Source: an uncultured Rickettsiales bacterium
GTDB taxonomy: Bacteria > Pseudomonadota > Alphaproteobacteria > Rickettsiales > SXRF01
Reading direction: 5' to 3'
Length of the DNA: 64,000 nt
NCBI GenBank assembly: GCA_964405685.1
Contig: CAYOOP010000001.1
Coordinates: 334,922-398,921, forward strand
Position numbers and translations under genes: made by a program
The notes under the pieces: generated by a model
The model's database searches: none
The model's input: only the letters and a program-made list of their open reading frames with translations
What the model was told of the DNA's origin: nothing
Part shown: positions 30,632 to 39,733 of the stretch, piece by piece
Layout of the letters: every line of letters begins with the position of its first letter
How positions within the stretch are numbered: position 1 is the first letter of the stretch

Positions 30632-32491
30632 CTAAGCGGCCTTATTATTTGCTTTTTTCACCGCCGCGATCAATATGCTGAGGGCAGCAGGCGTCATCCC
30701 CTGAATCCGACCCGCCGCCATAATGCTGGCCGGCCGATGAGTTTTCAATTTCGATTTTATCTCATTAGAAAAAGAAGGGATGATATCATAATCAATTTCA
30801 TCGGGAATAGTCAGGGCCTCTTCCTTTTTATAGAGGTCGATGTCCAATTGCTGACGTTCTAAATATCCAGAATAGCGTGCCTCGATTTCAATTTGCTCTA
30901 ACACATCCAAGGAAATAGATGCCGACTCCGGCCATAGTTTTTGAACCGTTTCAAATCCAAAATTGCTATAAGAAAGAAGGTCCGTTGCCGTCCTGCGAAT
31001 ACCGTCTTGATTCAAGTTGATATCAAGTTTTTTGGCTTCCGTTGGAGTGACGTTCCACTCTAAAAATTGCTTTTTCCACGCCTCAATTTGCCCCTGTTTT
31101 TTTGTAAAATGCTCGGCACGTTCGGGCGAAATAAACCCACGTTTCAATCCTTTTTGGGTCAGCCTCGTGTCCGCATTATCAGCACGAACAGAAAGGCGAT
31201 ATTCTGATCTGGAAGTAAACATACGGTATGGTTCTTTGGTTCCATGGGTCACCAAATCATCAATCATAACACCGATATATGCATCACTGCGATCAAGCAC
31301 AAACGGCTCATTCGACACCAACGAGATGGCCGCATTAAGGCCGGCGATAAGGCCCTGACCGGCGGCTTCTTCATAGCCTGTGGTGCCATTGATTTGGCCC
31401 GCCAAGTAGAGGCCTTTGACACGTTTTGTTTGTAGAGTATGGAGCAATTCTCTGGGGTCTACAAAATCATATTCAATGGCGTAGCCGGGACGTATCATCC
31501 TTGCGTTTTCAAGCCCAGCAATGGTCTTCAAAAGCCCGAGCTGAACATCCTCAGGAAGGGAGGTAGAAATGCCATTAGGGTAAACCGTCGAATCGTCCAA
31601 GCCTTCGGGTTCCAAGAAAATCTGATGTTTTAATTTATCAGCAAACCGCACGACCTTGTCTTCAATCGATGGGCAATAGCGCGGCCCCGTCGACGCAATT
31701 TGGCCCGAATACATCGGCGCGCGATGCAGGTTGGCACGGATGATGTCGTGGGTCTGTTCGCTCGTGTGGGTAATAAAACAATCAATCTGTGGTACCGTGA
31801 CTTTCTTGGTGAGAGTTGAAAACGGGGTAGGGCAGACATCGCCCGGTTGGCGGACGAGCCGGTCCCATTCAATCGTATTTCCGTCCAATCGCGGCGGGGT
31901 TCCCGTCTTCAAACGGCCGACATTAAACCCCGCATCGCGCAGCGTTTTTGAAAGGCCATAGGATGGGTTTTCATTCACGCGGCCGGCCGGAATTTTCTTT
32001 TCACCGATGTGAATTAATCCGCTTAAAAACGTGCCCGTCGTGAGCACTACGCGGCACGTGGTGATCGATTCTCCGCTCCCAATAATCACCGCTTTCACTT
32101 CGCCGTTTTCAATGGTGATATCTTCAACGCTTGCTTCGACAATTTCAAGGTTCGGATAGTTGCCAAGCACATCCTGCATCGCCGTTTTATAGAGTTTGCG
32201 ATCTGCCTGCGCGCGCGGGCCCCAAACGGCAGGGCCCTTTGAACGATTGAGCATTTTATAATGAATCCCCGCGCAATCAATTACACGTCCCATCACACCA
32301 TCAAGCGCATCGACTTCTTTGACTAGCGTACCCTTCGCAATACCGCCAATCGCCGGATTGCACGACATCTCGCCAATAGTTGCAAATTGATGGGTAACGA
32401 GTGCTGTCTTCGCACCGGCGCGCGCGGAAGCCGCTGCAGCTTCACAGCCGGCGTGTCCGCCTCCAATGACTACGACATCAAAATGTTTCAT
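30632..32491 (-). CDS. mnmG: tRNA uridine 5-carboxymethylaminomethyl modification enzyme MnmG (GidA)
   Basis: True start is ATG 32491 ([19 protein letters not shown]). The 15 extra codons in the track ORF ([14 protein letters not shown]) are the translated upstream palindromic repeat. Confidence 0.95.
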   Translation of the reverse strand: MKHFDVVVIGGGHAGCEAAAASARAGAKTALVTHQFATIGEMSCNPAIGGIAKGTLVKEVDALDGVMGRVIDCAGIHYKMLNRSKGPAVWGPRAQADRKLYKTAMQDVLGNYPNLEIVEASVEDITIENGEVKAVIIGSGESITTCRVVLTTGTFLSGLIHIGEKKIPAGRVNENPSYGLSKTLRDAGFNVGRLKTGTPPRLDGNTIEWDRLVRQPGDVCPTPFSTLTKKVTVPQIDCFITHTSEQTHDIIRANLHRAPMYSGQIASTGPRYCPSIEDKVVRFADKLKHQIFLEPEGLDDSTVYPNGISTSLPEDVQLGLLKTIAGLENARMIRPGYAIEYDFVDPRELLHTLQTKRVKGLYLAGQINGTTGYEEAAGQGLIAGLNAAISLVSNEPFVLDRSDAYIGVMIDDLVTHGTKEPYRMFTSRSEYRLSVRADNADTRLTQKGLKRGFISPERAEHFTKKQGQIEAWKKQFLEWNVTPTEAKKLDINLNQDGIRRTATDLLSYSNFGFETVQKLWPESASISLDVLEQIEIEARYSGYLERQQLDIDLYKKEEALTIPDEIDYDIIPSFSNEIKSKLKTHRPASIMAAGRIQGMTPAALSILIAAVKKANNKAA

Positions 32492-32507
32492 ATTTTTGTT
32501 CTCCTGG

Positions 32508-32568
32508 ATCCCCGCCTGCGCGGGGATGACAACCATCTAAAGCAGCAAGCCGCTAAGATGGTTGTCAT
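32508..32568. repeat. tandem hairpins filling the mnmE-mnmG gap (GTCATCC-type GC hairpin plus a 13-bp-stem hairpin)
   Basis: ATCCCCGC-CTGC-GCGGGGAT spans 32508-32527. ATGACAACCATCT (32526-32538) pairs with AGATGGTTGTCAT (32556-32568), and this second hairpin overlaps the mnmE stop codon. Confidence 0.7.
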
Positions 32569-33851
32569 TTGCCGATACAAAACGTTGAAAAGACGACGTC
32601 CAATACATCATCCACAGCAATTTTTCCAGTGATTTTGCCAATCTCACGCGCGGCGAGCCTGAGTTCCTCGCATTTAAGCTCTAAGGGCAGGGGTGTTTGT
32701 GCTTGTTTTAGGCAGATAAGCGCAGCTTCCAGATGCTGACGATGGCGGGCACGGGTGATGATGGGTGAAGCGGAAGAAACGCTGTTTTCAATCCGGTCTT
32801 TAATTGCCGCAATCAACGCTTCCAAGCCTTCACCCGTCTGCGCGGAAATAGCAAGCACTCCGGGCTGTTTTCTACCCAAATCCGCCTTGGTAAGCACACA
32901 CAGCGCATCGGGCTTTGGGGCAGGGCAGGGTGCGTCCATCAGCCACAGCACCAAATCCGCATTTTCAGCGCGTTTGAGCGCGCGTTCGATGCCGATGGCC
33001 TCAATAGACTCAGCACGTTCACGAATCCCTGCCGTATCAATCAAGGTGACGGGATAACCACCAATGTCCATGTGCACCTCGAGCATATCCCGTGTAGTGC
33101 CAGCAATATCAGAAACAATTGCAATATCGCGCTTAGCGAGCGCATTAAGCAGGGTAGACTTGCCGACATTGGGAGCGCCCATAATCACGACGGAAAAGCC
33201 TTCGCGGATACGTTCACCAGCGCCGTTATCGGCGAGCAGGCTTTCGATCTGCTCCCCGGTTTTCTGCAGGGTTACGCCGAATTGAGCGAGGGTTTCTTCG
33301 GGGATATCTTCATCCGGAAAGTCAATATAGGCCTCAATTAAGGCCAAGGATTGAATGATGGAATTTCTAAGCTTTTGATATTGCTCAGAAATAACACCAG
33401 AAAGCTGGGTTAGGGCTTGTTCGCGCTGACGCTCGGTTTCCGCCTCAATCAGATCCGAAAGGGCCTCCACCTCCAGCAAATCGAGCTTACCGTTTAAAAA
33501 CGCGCGGCGCGTAAATTCCCCCGGCTCAGCAAGTCGCATGCCCCTCATCTCACACAGACATTTTAAAAGCGTTTGAATGACGGCGCGGCTGCCGTGGGTA
33601 TGCAACTCCACCACACCCTCGCCCGTAAAGCTGGCTGGAGCATTAAAATAGAGTACTAGCGCGCGATCAATCTCTGTGCCCGTTGTCGGATTTTTGAGGG
33701 TTTTAAGTTGGGCAACCCGCGGTGGTGGCGCATGGGATGTGGTAAGCGCTCCTAGCGCTTCCAATGCACGGGGTCCGGAAATGCGGATAATCGCCACGCC
33801 GGATTTGCCCGGTGGCGTTGCCAGCGCAACGATGGTCGTTTCATGAGCCAT
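32565..33851 (-). CDS. mnmE: tRNA modification GTPase MnmE (TrmE)
   Basis: Start at ATG 33851 (MAHETTIVALATPPGKSGVAIIRISG). G1 motif GAPNVGKSTLLNAL. C-terminal FCIGK is the hallmark. Confidence 0.95.
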   Translation of the reverse strand: MAHETTIVALATPPGKSGVAIIRISGPRALEALGALTTSHAPPPRVAQLKTLKNPTTGTEIDRALVLYFNAPASFTGEGVVELHTHGSRAVIQTLLKCLCEMRGMRLAEPGEFTRRAFLNGKLDLLEVEALSDLIEAETERQREQALTQLSGVISEQYQKLRNSIIQSLALIEAYIDFPDEDIPEETLAQFGVTLQKTGEQIESLLADNGAGERIREGFSVVIMGAPNVGKSTLLNALAKRDIAIVSDIAGTTRDMLEVHMDIGGYPVTLIDTAGIRERAESIEAIGIERALKRAENADLVLWLMDAPCPAPKPDALCVLTKADLGRKQPGVLAISAQTGEGLEALIAAIKDRIENSVSSASPIITRARHRQHLEAALICLKQAQTPLPLELKCEELRLAAREIGKITGKIAVDDVLDVVFSTFCIGK

Positions 33852-33937
33852 AAATATCTCTTTAATGCCACAGGGTTCGCAGGTATAGCTAAAACTCGGC
33901 ATTTATCAATATTCTGTAAACCTTTTGGGACTAGCTT

Positions 33938-35746
33938 GTGGGGCGAAAGAGCCCCCTTAATCTTATGGACGATCTACCGACCCCTCCTGAATCCACTGCC
34001 ACGGCATACGACCCGCTTGCCGCGCCCGCTGCTAAATCCGTAGCGGAAGAAAAACCGCCGCTTCAGGCACCTCGATTGCGGCTCGGTGAAAACCTCATTA
34101 ACAAGGGGCTCATTTCCAATGACCAGCTGAACGTAGCACTCACGGAGCAACGCTCCAACAAGAAGCTGCTTGGCGCGATTTTGGTGGAAATGGGCTTTAT
34201 CACCGAAAGCGTATTGAGCGAGGTGTTGGCCGAAAGCTCCGGCTCAACAAAATTCGATCCCAAGACCGCAGTACTCGATCAGGCCGTAGTCAAAAAACTG
34301 CCTAAAGAGCTGGCGCTGCGAAACAAGATGATTCCGGTGTCACTTAAAGACGACACGCTGATTATCGCGATGGCTGATATTTACAACATTATCGCCATCG
34401 ATCAGCTGCGCAAATACTTTCCAAAAACCCGCATCCAACCCGTATTTTGCGCGGATACGGATGTCGGCGAACTTATTAATCAGTACTATGATTACGAGCT
34501 TGCCATTGACGGCATCTTGAAAGAAATCGAAACCGGGATCAAAGAATCCAACCGAAAACTCGACGGCGCGCAAGAGGGCTATATCAACCCAACCGTACGC
34601 CTGGTAAATGCGATTTTGGTGGACGCGGTGATGAACGACGCATCGGACATTCACTTTGAGCCGGAAGGACATTTTTTACGCATACGTTACCGTGTCGATG
34701 GCCAGATGTGGCAAGCGCGCACCCTGCACCGGGATTATTGGTCAGCGATTTTGGTGCGGATTAAAATCATGTCCGGCATGAACATCGCTGAAACCCGCGC
34801 ACCTCAGGACGGCCGTATTACATTCAGCGTTTCCGGCCGCGATATCGATTTTCGTGTGGCCACTCAGCCAACACTTTATGGTGAAAACATCGTGCTACGT
34901 TTGCTCGATAAAGCCAAATCCCTCGTGCCGTTTGATATGCTCGGCTACAGCGCACACAATGAGGAATTGCTGCTGCGACTGCTCAAGCGACCTGAAGGCA
35001 TTATTGTGGTTACGGGCCCCACCGGATCGGGTAAAACCACCACGCTTTATTCGATTCTAAATTCGATCAACAACATCGATACCAACATCATGACGCTCGA
35101 AGACCCCGTCGAGTATCAGCTACCGATGATCCGCCAAACCAACATACGCGAAGGAGTAATGGAGTTTGCACAAGGCGTGAAATCCCTCCTGCGTCAAGAC
35201 CCTGACGTGATCTTCATCGGGGAGGTGCGCGACGAAGAGACAGCGGTCATGACCGTACGCGCGGCCCTCACGGGGCACCAAGTGTTCACCACGCTCCACA
35301 CCAATGATGCGCTCGGGGTCATTCCGCGTTTGATTGATATTGGTGTGCCGCCAACGCTGCTTTCGGGCGCGCTGGTTGGCATGGTAGCCCAGCGGCTTGC
35401 GCGAAAATTGTGCCCGGACTGCAAAGAGTCCCACACCGCGTCCACAGACGAATGCAAACTGCTTAACGTTCCGGCAACTTCGCTTCCCAAAATTTTCAGA
35501 GCAAAGGGGTGTGGCAGATGCAAGCAGCGTGGCTATCGCGGGCGTGTAGCTATCGCGGAAGTCATCCGCGTTGACCGGGAAATGGACGACTTAATCGCCG
35601 TCGGCGCAACGCGGCGGGTAATGAACGATTATCTCACAAAACAGGGCTTTGTTTCCATGGCCCAAGACGGAATTAATAAAGTACTCGGGGGTGACATCGA
35701 TATTCCCGAGCTCATGAACACCGTAGACTTAACGGATCGACTGTAA
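33938..35746 (+). CDS. type IV pilus / type II secretion assembly ATPase (PilB/GspE family)
   Basis: 602 aa from GTG 33938; alternative ATG at 33965. Features: T2SSE_N-type N-domain, Walker A GPTGSGKTTT, Asp box, Walker B DPDVIFIGEVRD, His box TGHQVFTTLHTNDA, and a tetracysteine CPDC...CGRC zinc motif. Confidence 0.9.
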   Translation: MGRKSPLNLMDDLPTPPESTATAYDPLAAPAAKSVAEEKPPLQAPRLRLGENLINKGLISNDQLNVALTEQRSNKKLLGAILVEMGFITESVLSEVLAESSGSTKFDPKTAVLDQAVVKKLPKELALRNKMIPVSLKDDTLIIAMADIYNIIAIDQLRKYFPKTRIQPVFCADTDVGELINQYYDYELAIDGILKEIETGIKESNRKLDGAQEGYINPTVRLVNAILVDAVMNDASDIHFEPEGHFLRIRYRVDGQMWQARTLHRDYWSAILVRIKIMSGMNIAETRAPQDGRITFSVSGRDIDFRVATQPTLYGENIVLRLLDKAKSLVPFDMLGYSAHNEELLLRLLKRPEGIIVVTGPTGSGKTTTLYSILNSINNIDTNIMTLEDPVEYQLPMIRQTNIREGVMEFAQGVKSLLRQDPDVIFIGEVRDEETAVMTVRAALTGHQVFTTLHTNDALGVIPRLIDIGVPPTLLSGALVGMVAQRLARKLCPDCKESHTASTDECKLLNVPATSLPKIFRAKGCGRCKQRGYRGRVAIAEVIRVDREMDDLIAVGATRRVMNDYLTKQGFVSMAQDGINKVLGGDIDIPELMNTVDLTDRL

Positions 35747-36948
35747 TGCCTATTTATAGCTACACTGCGATCACCAAAAAAGGCCGCGTGATGCGGGGCT
35801 CCAGCACGGCTGAGAACGAGCTCGATTTAGATGCGCGCCTGAAGCAAATGGGGCTGGAGGTGATACGCACGCGCGAGATCAGCGGTGCTCGCCGCCGGCG
35901 TGGAGGGCGCATTCGCATCCGCGATCTGATTATCGTCTGTTTGCATTTGGAACAGCTGGACCGCGCCGGGGTGCCGCTACACGATGCGCTGGCCGATGTG
36001 CGCGATAGTATCGATTCTTCTAAGCTCAAAGAAGTGCTGGCCGATGTCTATGAATCCGTCAAAAACGGTATCGTATTTTCGAAGTCGCTGTCCGAACATC
36101 CGGCGGTGTTTGATTCGGTGTTCGTAGGCCTTATCGCATCTGCGGAAAAAACCGGTAACTTGACCGATTCCTATCACCACCTTGCCGAACACATGAAATG
36201 GAACATGGATTTGCGGCGTAAGGTCAAAAAAGCCGTGCGCTATCCTATCGCGCTGGGTCTGGTGCTCTCCGGTGTGATCGCCGTGCTGATGACGGCGGTG
36301 GTGCCCAAACTTGTCGACTTTATCATGAGCCAAGGCTTCACCCTGCCGTGGCACACCCGCGCGCTGATTGCGTTTTCCAATGCCTTTCAAAACTATTGGT
36401 ATGTGATCTTCGGCATCCCCATATTTTTTATTTTCTTCATCATGCTGCTACGCCGCACCTCCGAAGGCTTCGCCTATCGGTGGGACGCCTTTAAACTTCG
36501 ATTGCCTGTCATTGGGCCTACCTTGCGCAAAATTGACCTGGCACGCTTTTCACAATTTTTCTCGGTGATGTTTAGGAGCGGTATCGACGTGCTGGATGCA
36601 CTCGAGGGTGCCAAAGGCGTTGTGAATAATCGCGTAATTAAAGAATCGATCGACTTTGTGAAAACCAACGTGACCGAAGGTAATTCGATCACCGCATCGC
36701 TGCAGCTTTCCAACCAATTCCCGAACCTCGTCATCCGTATGTTTAAGGTGGGGGAGGACAGCGGTAACATGAACGCCGCGCTTGAGAACATCAACTTTTT
36801 CTATAACCGCGAAGTCAACGACTCGGTCGATAACATGGTCGGGATGATTCAGCCGATCCTCACCGCCGTCATGGGCCTCATGATTTTCTGGATCATCGCC
36901 GCGGTGTTCGGTCCTCTGTACCAGTCGTTCTCGAAGATGAAATTTTAA
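35746..36948 (+). CDS. type II secretion system F family platform protein (PilC/GspF)
   Basis: 400 aa with two T2SSF repeats and three TM helices. C-terminal ...GPLYQSF. TAATG 1-nt overlap with the preceding ATPase. Confidence 0.9.
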   Translation: MPIYSYTAITKKGRVMRGSSTAENELDLDARLKQMGLEVIRTREISGARRRRGGRIRIRDLIIVCLHLEQLDRAGVPLHDALADVRDSIDSSKLKEVLADVYESVKNGIVFSKSLSEHPAVFDSVFVGLIASAEKTGNLTDSYHHLAEHMKWNMDLRRKVKKAVRYPIALGLVLSGVIAVLMTAVVPKLVDFIMSQGFTLPWHTRALIAFSNAFQNYWYVIFGIPIFFIFFIMLLRRTSEGFAYRWDAFKLRLPVIGPTLRKIDLARFSQFFSVMFRSGIDVLDALEGAKGVVNNRVIKESIDFVKTNVTEGNSITASLQLSNQFPNLVIRMFKVGEDSGNMNAALENINFFYNREVNDSVDNMVGMIQPILTAVMGLMIFWIIAAVFGPLYQSFSKMKF

Positions 36949-37074
36949 TTGTTCCCGCAATCGCCTGTTGGCGATTACATGGAACGCCGCTTCGCGGGCT
37001 CATGGCTGGCTCGGCCTTCTGGCCTCACATCACTTGGTATGTTACCAACAGTTTTCTGGTGCACCAGCGCGGAG

Positions 37075-37623
37075 TTAAACCGCGACCACCTCAATCACCT
37101 CCGGCACATAGTGCTTGAGCATGCTTTCGATGCCTTGTTTTAAGGTGGCGGTGGAGCTGGGGCAGCCGGAGCAGGCGCCGTGGAGTTCGAGTTCCACCAC
37201 ACCGTCTTTGAAATCGTGAAAAATAATATCGCCGCCGTCTTGTGCGACGGCGGGGCGGACGCGGGTTTCGATCAGCTCTTTGATTTGGGTGACGATTTCG
37301 CTGTCGGGTTCGGACGAGGTTTCACGTTTTACGGTTTCAGTTTGAATGACGGGTTTGCCGGAGAGATAATGCTCCATGATAGCAGACAGCAGCAGAGGCT
37401 TTAAAACGTCCCAGCTTGCGGTTTCGGGTTTGGTCACGGTGATGAAATCACTCGCTAAAAACACGGCGCGTACATCCTCCACTTCAAACAAGCGCTGCGC
37501 CAGAGGTGACGTTTTCGCATCGTCCGCATTCACATAAAATGCTGTCCCCGAAGGATGCACAGGTTCTTCTGGTAGAAATTTAAGCGTGTTGGGGTTCGGG
37601 GTGGATTCCGTTTGAATGAACAT
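37075..37623 (-). CDS. NifU-family Fe-S cluster assembly protein (Nfu_N + NifU C-terminal domain)
   Basis: Start at ATG 37623 (MFIQTESTPNPNTLKFLP, Nfu_N signature). C-terminal CxxC (GACSGCPSS). The track ORF has a spurious 37-aa extension. Confidence 0.88.
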   Translation of the reverse strand: MFIQTESTPNPNTLKFLPEEPVHPSGTAFYVNADDAKTSPLAQRLFEVEDVRAVFLASDFITVTKPETASWDVLKPLLLSAIMEHYLSGKPVIQTETVKRETSSEPDSEIVTQIKELIETRVRPAVAQDGGDIIFHDFKDGVVELELHGACSGCPSSTATLKQGIESMLKHYVPEVIEVVAV

Positions 37624-37748
37624 ACAGATACTCGTTAAGCGTTTCGCGTATTGCGTTACGCGTTTCAGCCAGATATATAGGCTTTCCTGCTCTAAATACA
37701 ACCCCCATTCCTGCGCGGAACGCGAAACACACAACGCTTGACGAGTCC

Positions 37749-38510
37749 ATGAACACCATCGGCACCCTTACCCTCTGCAAGCGCGAAATCTGGCGGTTTA
37801 TCAAAGTCTGGAACCAGACTGTGGTTGGCCCGGTTGTTACTTCACTGCTCTTTTTAGCTATCTTGGATCTAGCCATGGGCGGGGAACAACGCACGGTGGA
37901 TGGCCTTCAAATGACGCAATTTATTGCCCCTGGCCTCATTATGATGGCGATTACCCAAAACGCTTTTGCCAACACCTCTTCTTCGCTCATGCTCGGGAAA
38001 ATTCAGGGCGTGATCATCGATATTCTCATGCCGCCACTCTCCGGTGCAGAAATCACCTTTGCGCTCGTCATCGGTGGATTGGTGCGTGGAGTTATGGTCG
38101 GTGTTGTCGTAAGCGCCGCACTCTATGTGTTCGTACCTTTTACGGTTGCACACCCGCTTTACGCTGTTTTCCATGTGGTTGCTGCAAGCATTATGCTGGC
38201 CTTGTTTGGCGTGCTGGCGGGCATATGGTCGCAAAGTTTCGACCAGTTGGCAGCACTCACCAATTATGTGATTACCCCACTTGCTTTTTTATCCGGCACC
38301 TTTTATTCGATCAAACACTTGCCTGCGTTTTGGTACCAGCTTTGCCATTTTAACCCCATGTTTTACATGATCGATGGTTTCCGCTATGCCATGACCGGCT
38401 ATTCTGATAGCGTGCCGCTGCTTGGCTCAGCCGTCTTGCTTGGTGTGAACGTCATGCTATGGATTGCGGTGCAAGTAATGATAACCCGTGGAACTTTTTT
38501 GAAAAACTAA
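37749..38510 (+). CDS. ABC-2 type transporter permease (YadH/NodJ-like), no adjacent ATPase
   Basis: 253 aa, six TM helices. N-terminal REIWRFIKVWNQT is typical of ABC-2 permeases. Confidence 0.8.
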   Translation: MNTIGTLTLCKREIWRFIKVWNQTVVGPVVTSLLFLAILDLAMGGEQRTVDGLQMTQFIAPGLIMMAITQNAFANTSSSLMLGKIQGVIIDILMPPLSGAEITFALVIGGLVRGVMVGVVVSAALYVFVPFTVAHPLYAVFHVVAASIMLALFGVLAGIWSQSFDQLAALTNYVITPLAFLSGTFYSIKHLPAFWYQLCHFNPMFYMIDGFRYAMTGYSDSVPLLGSAVLLGVNVMLWIAVQVMITRGTFLKN

Positions 38511-38529
38511 CCGTCCAGGATGTAAAACC

Positions 38530-38982
38530 ATGACCGAAGCGACTGAAACTCAAGCCCCCAAACCTGCTAGCTTCGCCATCCGCGGACAATACATTAAGGA
38601 CCTCTCGTTTGAGAATCCGCACTCGCCCGATAGCCTATTGCCGCAAAAAACTGCGCCTGAAATTCAAGTGAATATCGATATCAAGGTCACGCGCATGAAT
38701 GAAACATACTACGAAAGCACGCTCTACATCAGCGCGCGTGCTAATGGTGAAACCGGCACGCTGTTTCTGGTGGATCTTACCTATGCGGGCATTTTTGAAG
38801 TCCAGGGCATTCCGGATGATCGTATTGAACAATTGCTGCTGGTAGACTGCCCTTTTATCCTTTTCCCTTTCGCCCGCCGGGTGGTAGCCGATGTTTCCCG
38901 GGACGGTGGATTCCCACCCCTACTTTTAGAACCCATTGATTTTCATGGGCTTTATATGCAGCGCCAGTCCAAGGATGGCTAA
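38530..38982 (+). CDS. secB: protein-export chaperone SecB
   Basis: 150 aa with FAIRGQYIKDLSFENP, LLVDCPFILFPFARRVVADVSRDGGFPPLLL. Confidence 0.93.
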   Translation: MTEATETQAPKPASFAIRGQYIKDLSFENPHSPDSLLPQKTAPEIQVNIDIKVTRMNETYYESTLYISARANGETGTLFLVDLTYAGIFEVQGIPDDRIEQLLLVDCPFILFPFARRVVADVSRDGGFPPLLLEPIDFHGLYMQRQSKDG

Positions 38983-39136
38983 ACTGCAACACTTGACCAT
39001 TAAGTCAACGATTTTGGGCCGTTAATAGTAAATATCGTTTGATGAGAAGAAAGTCTTCGCTTATGGTCGCATCCATCGGTATGAATCTTTCGTTCATCAA
39101 CCACTTAGCTTTAAGGTTATAAAAGGAATATTACTT

Positions 39137-39679
39137 ATGAAAAAGATTTTCGCTCTTGCTGCTCTCAGCGCCCTGGCTTTCGGTTCGGCTAACGCCGGCA
39201 CTGTAACGCAGGACCATGCTATTGATAAATCCGGCAAACAAATTTTCGATGCTCGTGGCAACTGCGTGTTCACGAAGTGGGATGCTAAAAAAGGTGGTTG
39301 TGGTGCCGTAATCACCAGCGAAATGCGCAAAGTGTATTTCGACTTCAACTCCTCTGCGATCAAAGCGTCTGAGCGTGCTAAACTCGACAAATTGGCAAAA
39401 GCCCTCAAAACCCACAAGGGTTTTGAAAGCGTCACCATCGTTGGCCACGCTGACCAAATCGGTCACGATGCTTACAACCAAGCGCTCTCCAGCCGCCGCG
39501 CTAACGCTGTTAAGCGTTACCTCGCTGGTAAAGGCGTCCGCGTGAAAAACGTTGACCTCCGTGCGAAAGGCGAAAGCGAACCAGTCACCAGCTGCGATTC
39601 TTCCGCTCCTCATGCTGAACTCGTGAAATGCCTGGCGGAAGATCGCCGCGTAGACATCGAATTGAACTACAAAAACTAG
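39137..39679 (+). CDS. OmpA-family peptidoglycan-binding protein
   Basis: 180 aa. Signal peptide MKKIFALAALSALAFGSANA. OmpA C-like domain VYFDFNSSAI...IVGHADQIGHDAYNQALSSRRANAV. Followed by a rho-independent terminator. Confidence 0.88.
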   Translation: MKKIFALAALSALAFGSANAGTVTQDHAIDKSGKQIFDARGNCVFTKWDAKKGGCGAVITSEMRKVYFDFNSSAIKASERAKLDKLAKALKTHKGFESVTIVGHADQIGHDAYNQALSSRRANAVKRYLAGKGVRVKNVDLRAKGESEPVTSCDSSAPHAELVKCLAEDRRVDIELNYKN

Positions 39680-39699
39680 TTTAGGTTCGGTTAAAATAA

Positions 39700-39729
39700 A
39701 AAGGGGGGCTTTTTAGCCTCCCTTTTTTA
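39700..39729 (+). terminator. rho-independent terminator after the OmpA-family gene
   Basis: Stem GGGGGGCT / AGCCTCCC (one G-U pair) with loop TTTT, followed by a T6 tract. Confidence 0.75.
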
Positions 39730-39733
39730 TTAT

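Noticed and set aside
32492-32536. An N-terminal extension of mnmG reading [15 protein letters not shown].
   Set aside because: It is the translation of the GC-rich palindromic repeat. The canonical MnmG start, [15 protein letters not shown], follows a good SD.
36949-37074. A cluster of four short palindromes between pilC and nfu (AATCGCC/GGCGATT, GGCC-TTCT-GGCC, TTGGTA/TACCAA, CTGGTGCACCAG), considered as a possible mobile element.
   Set aside because: The stems are short (4-7 bp) and there are no terminal inverted repeats. It resembles no other element in the window. Most simply these are convergent transcript 3'-end structures.
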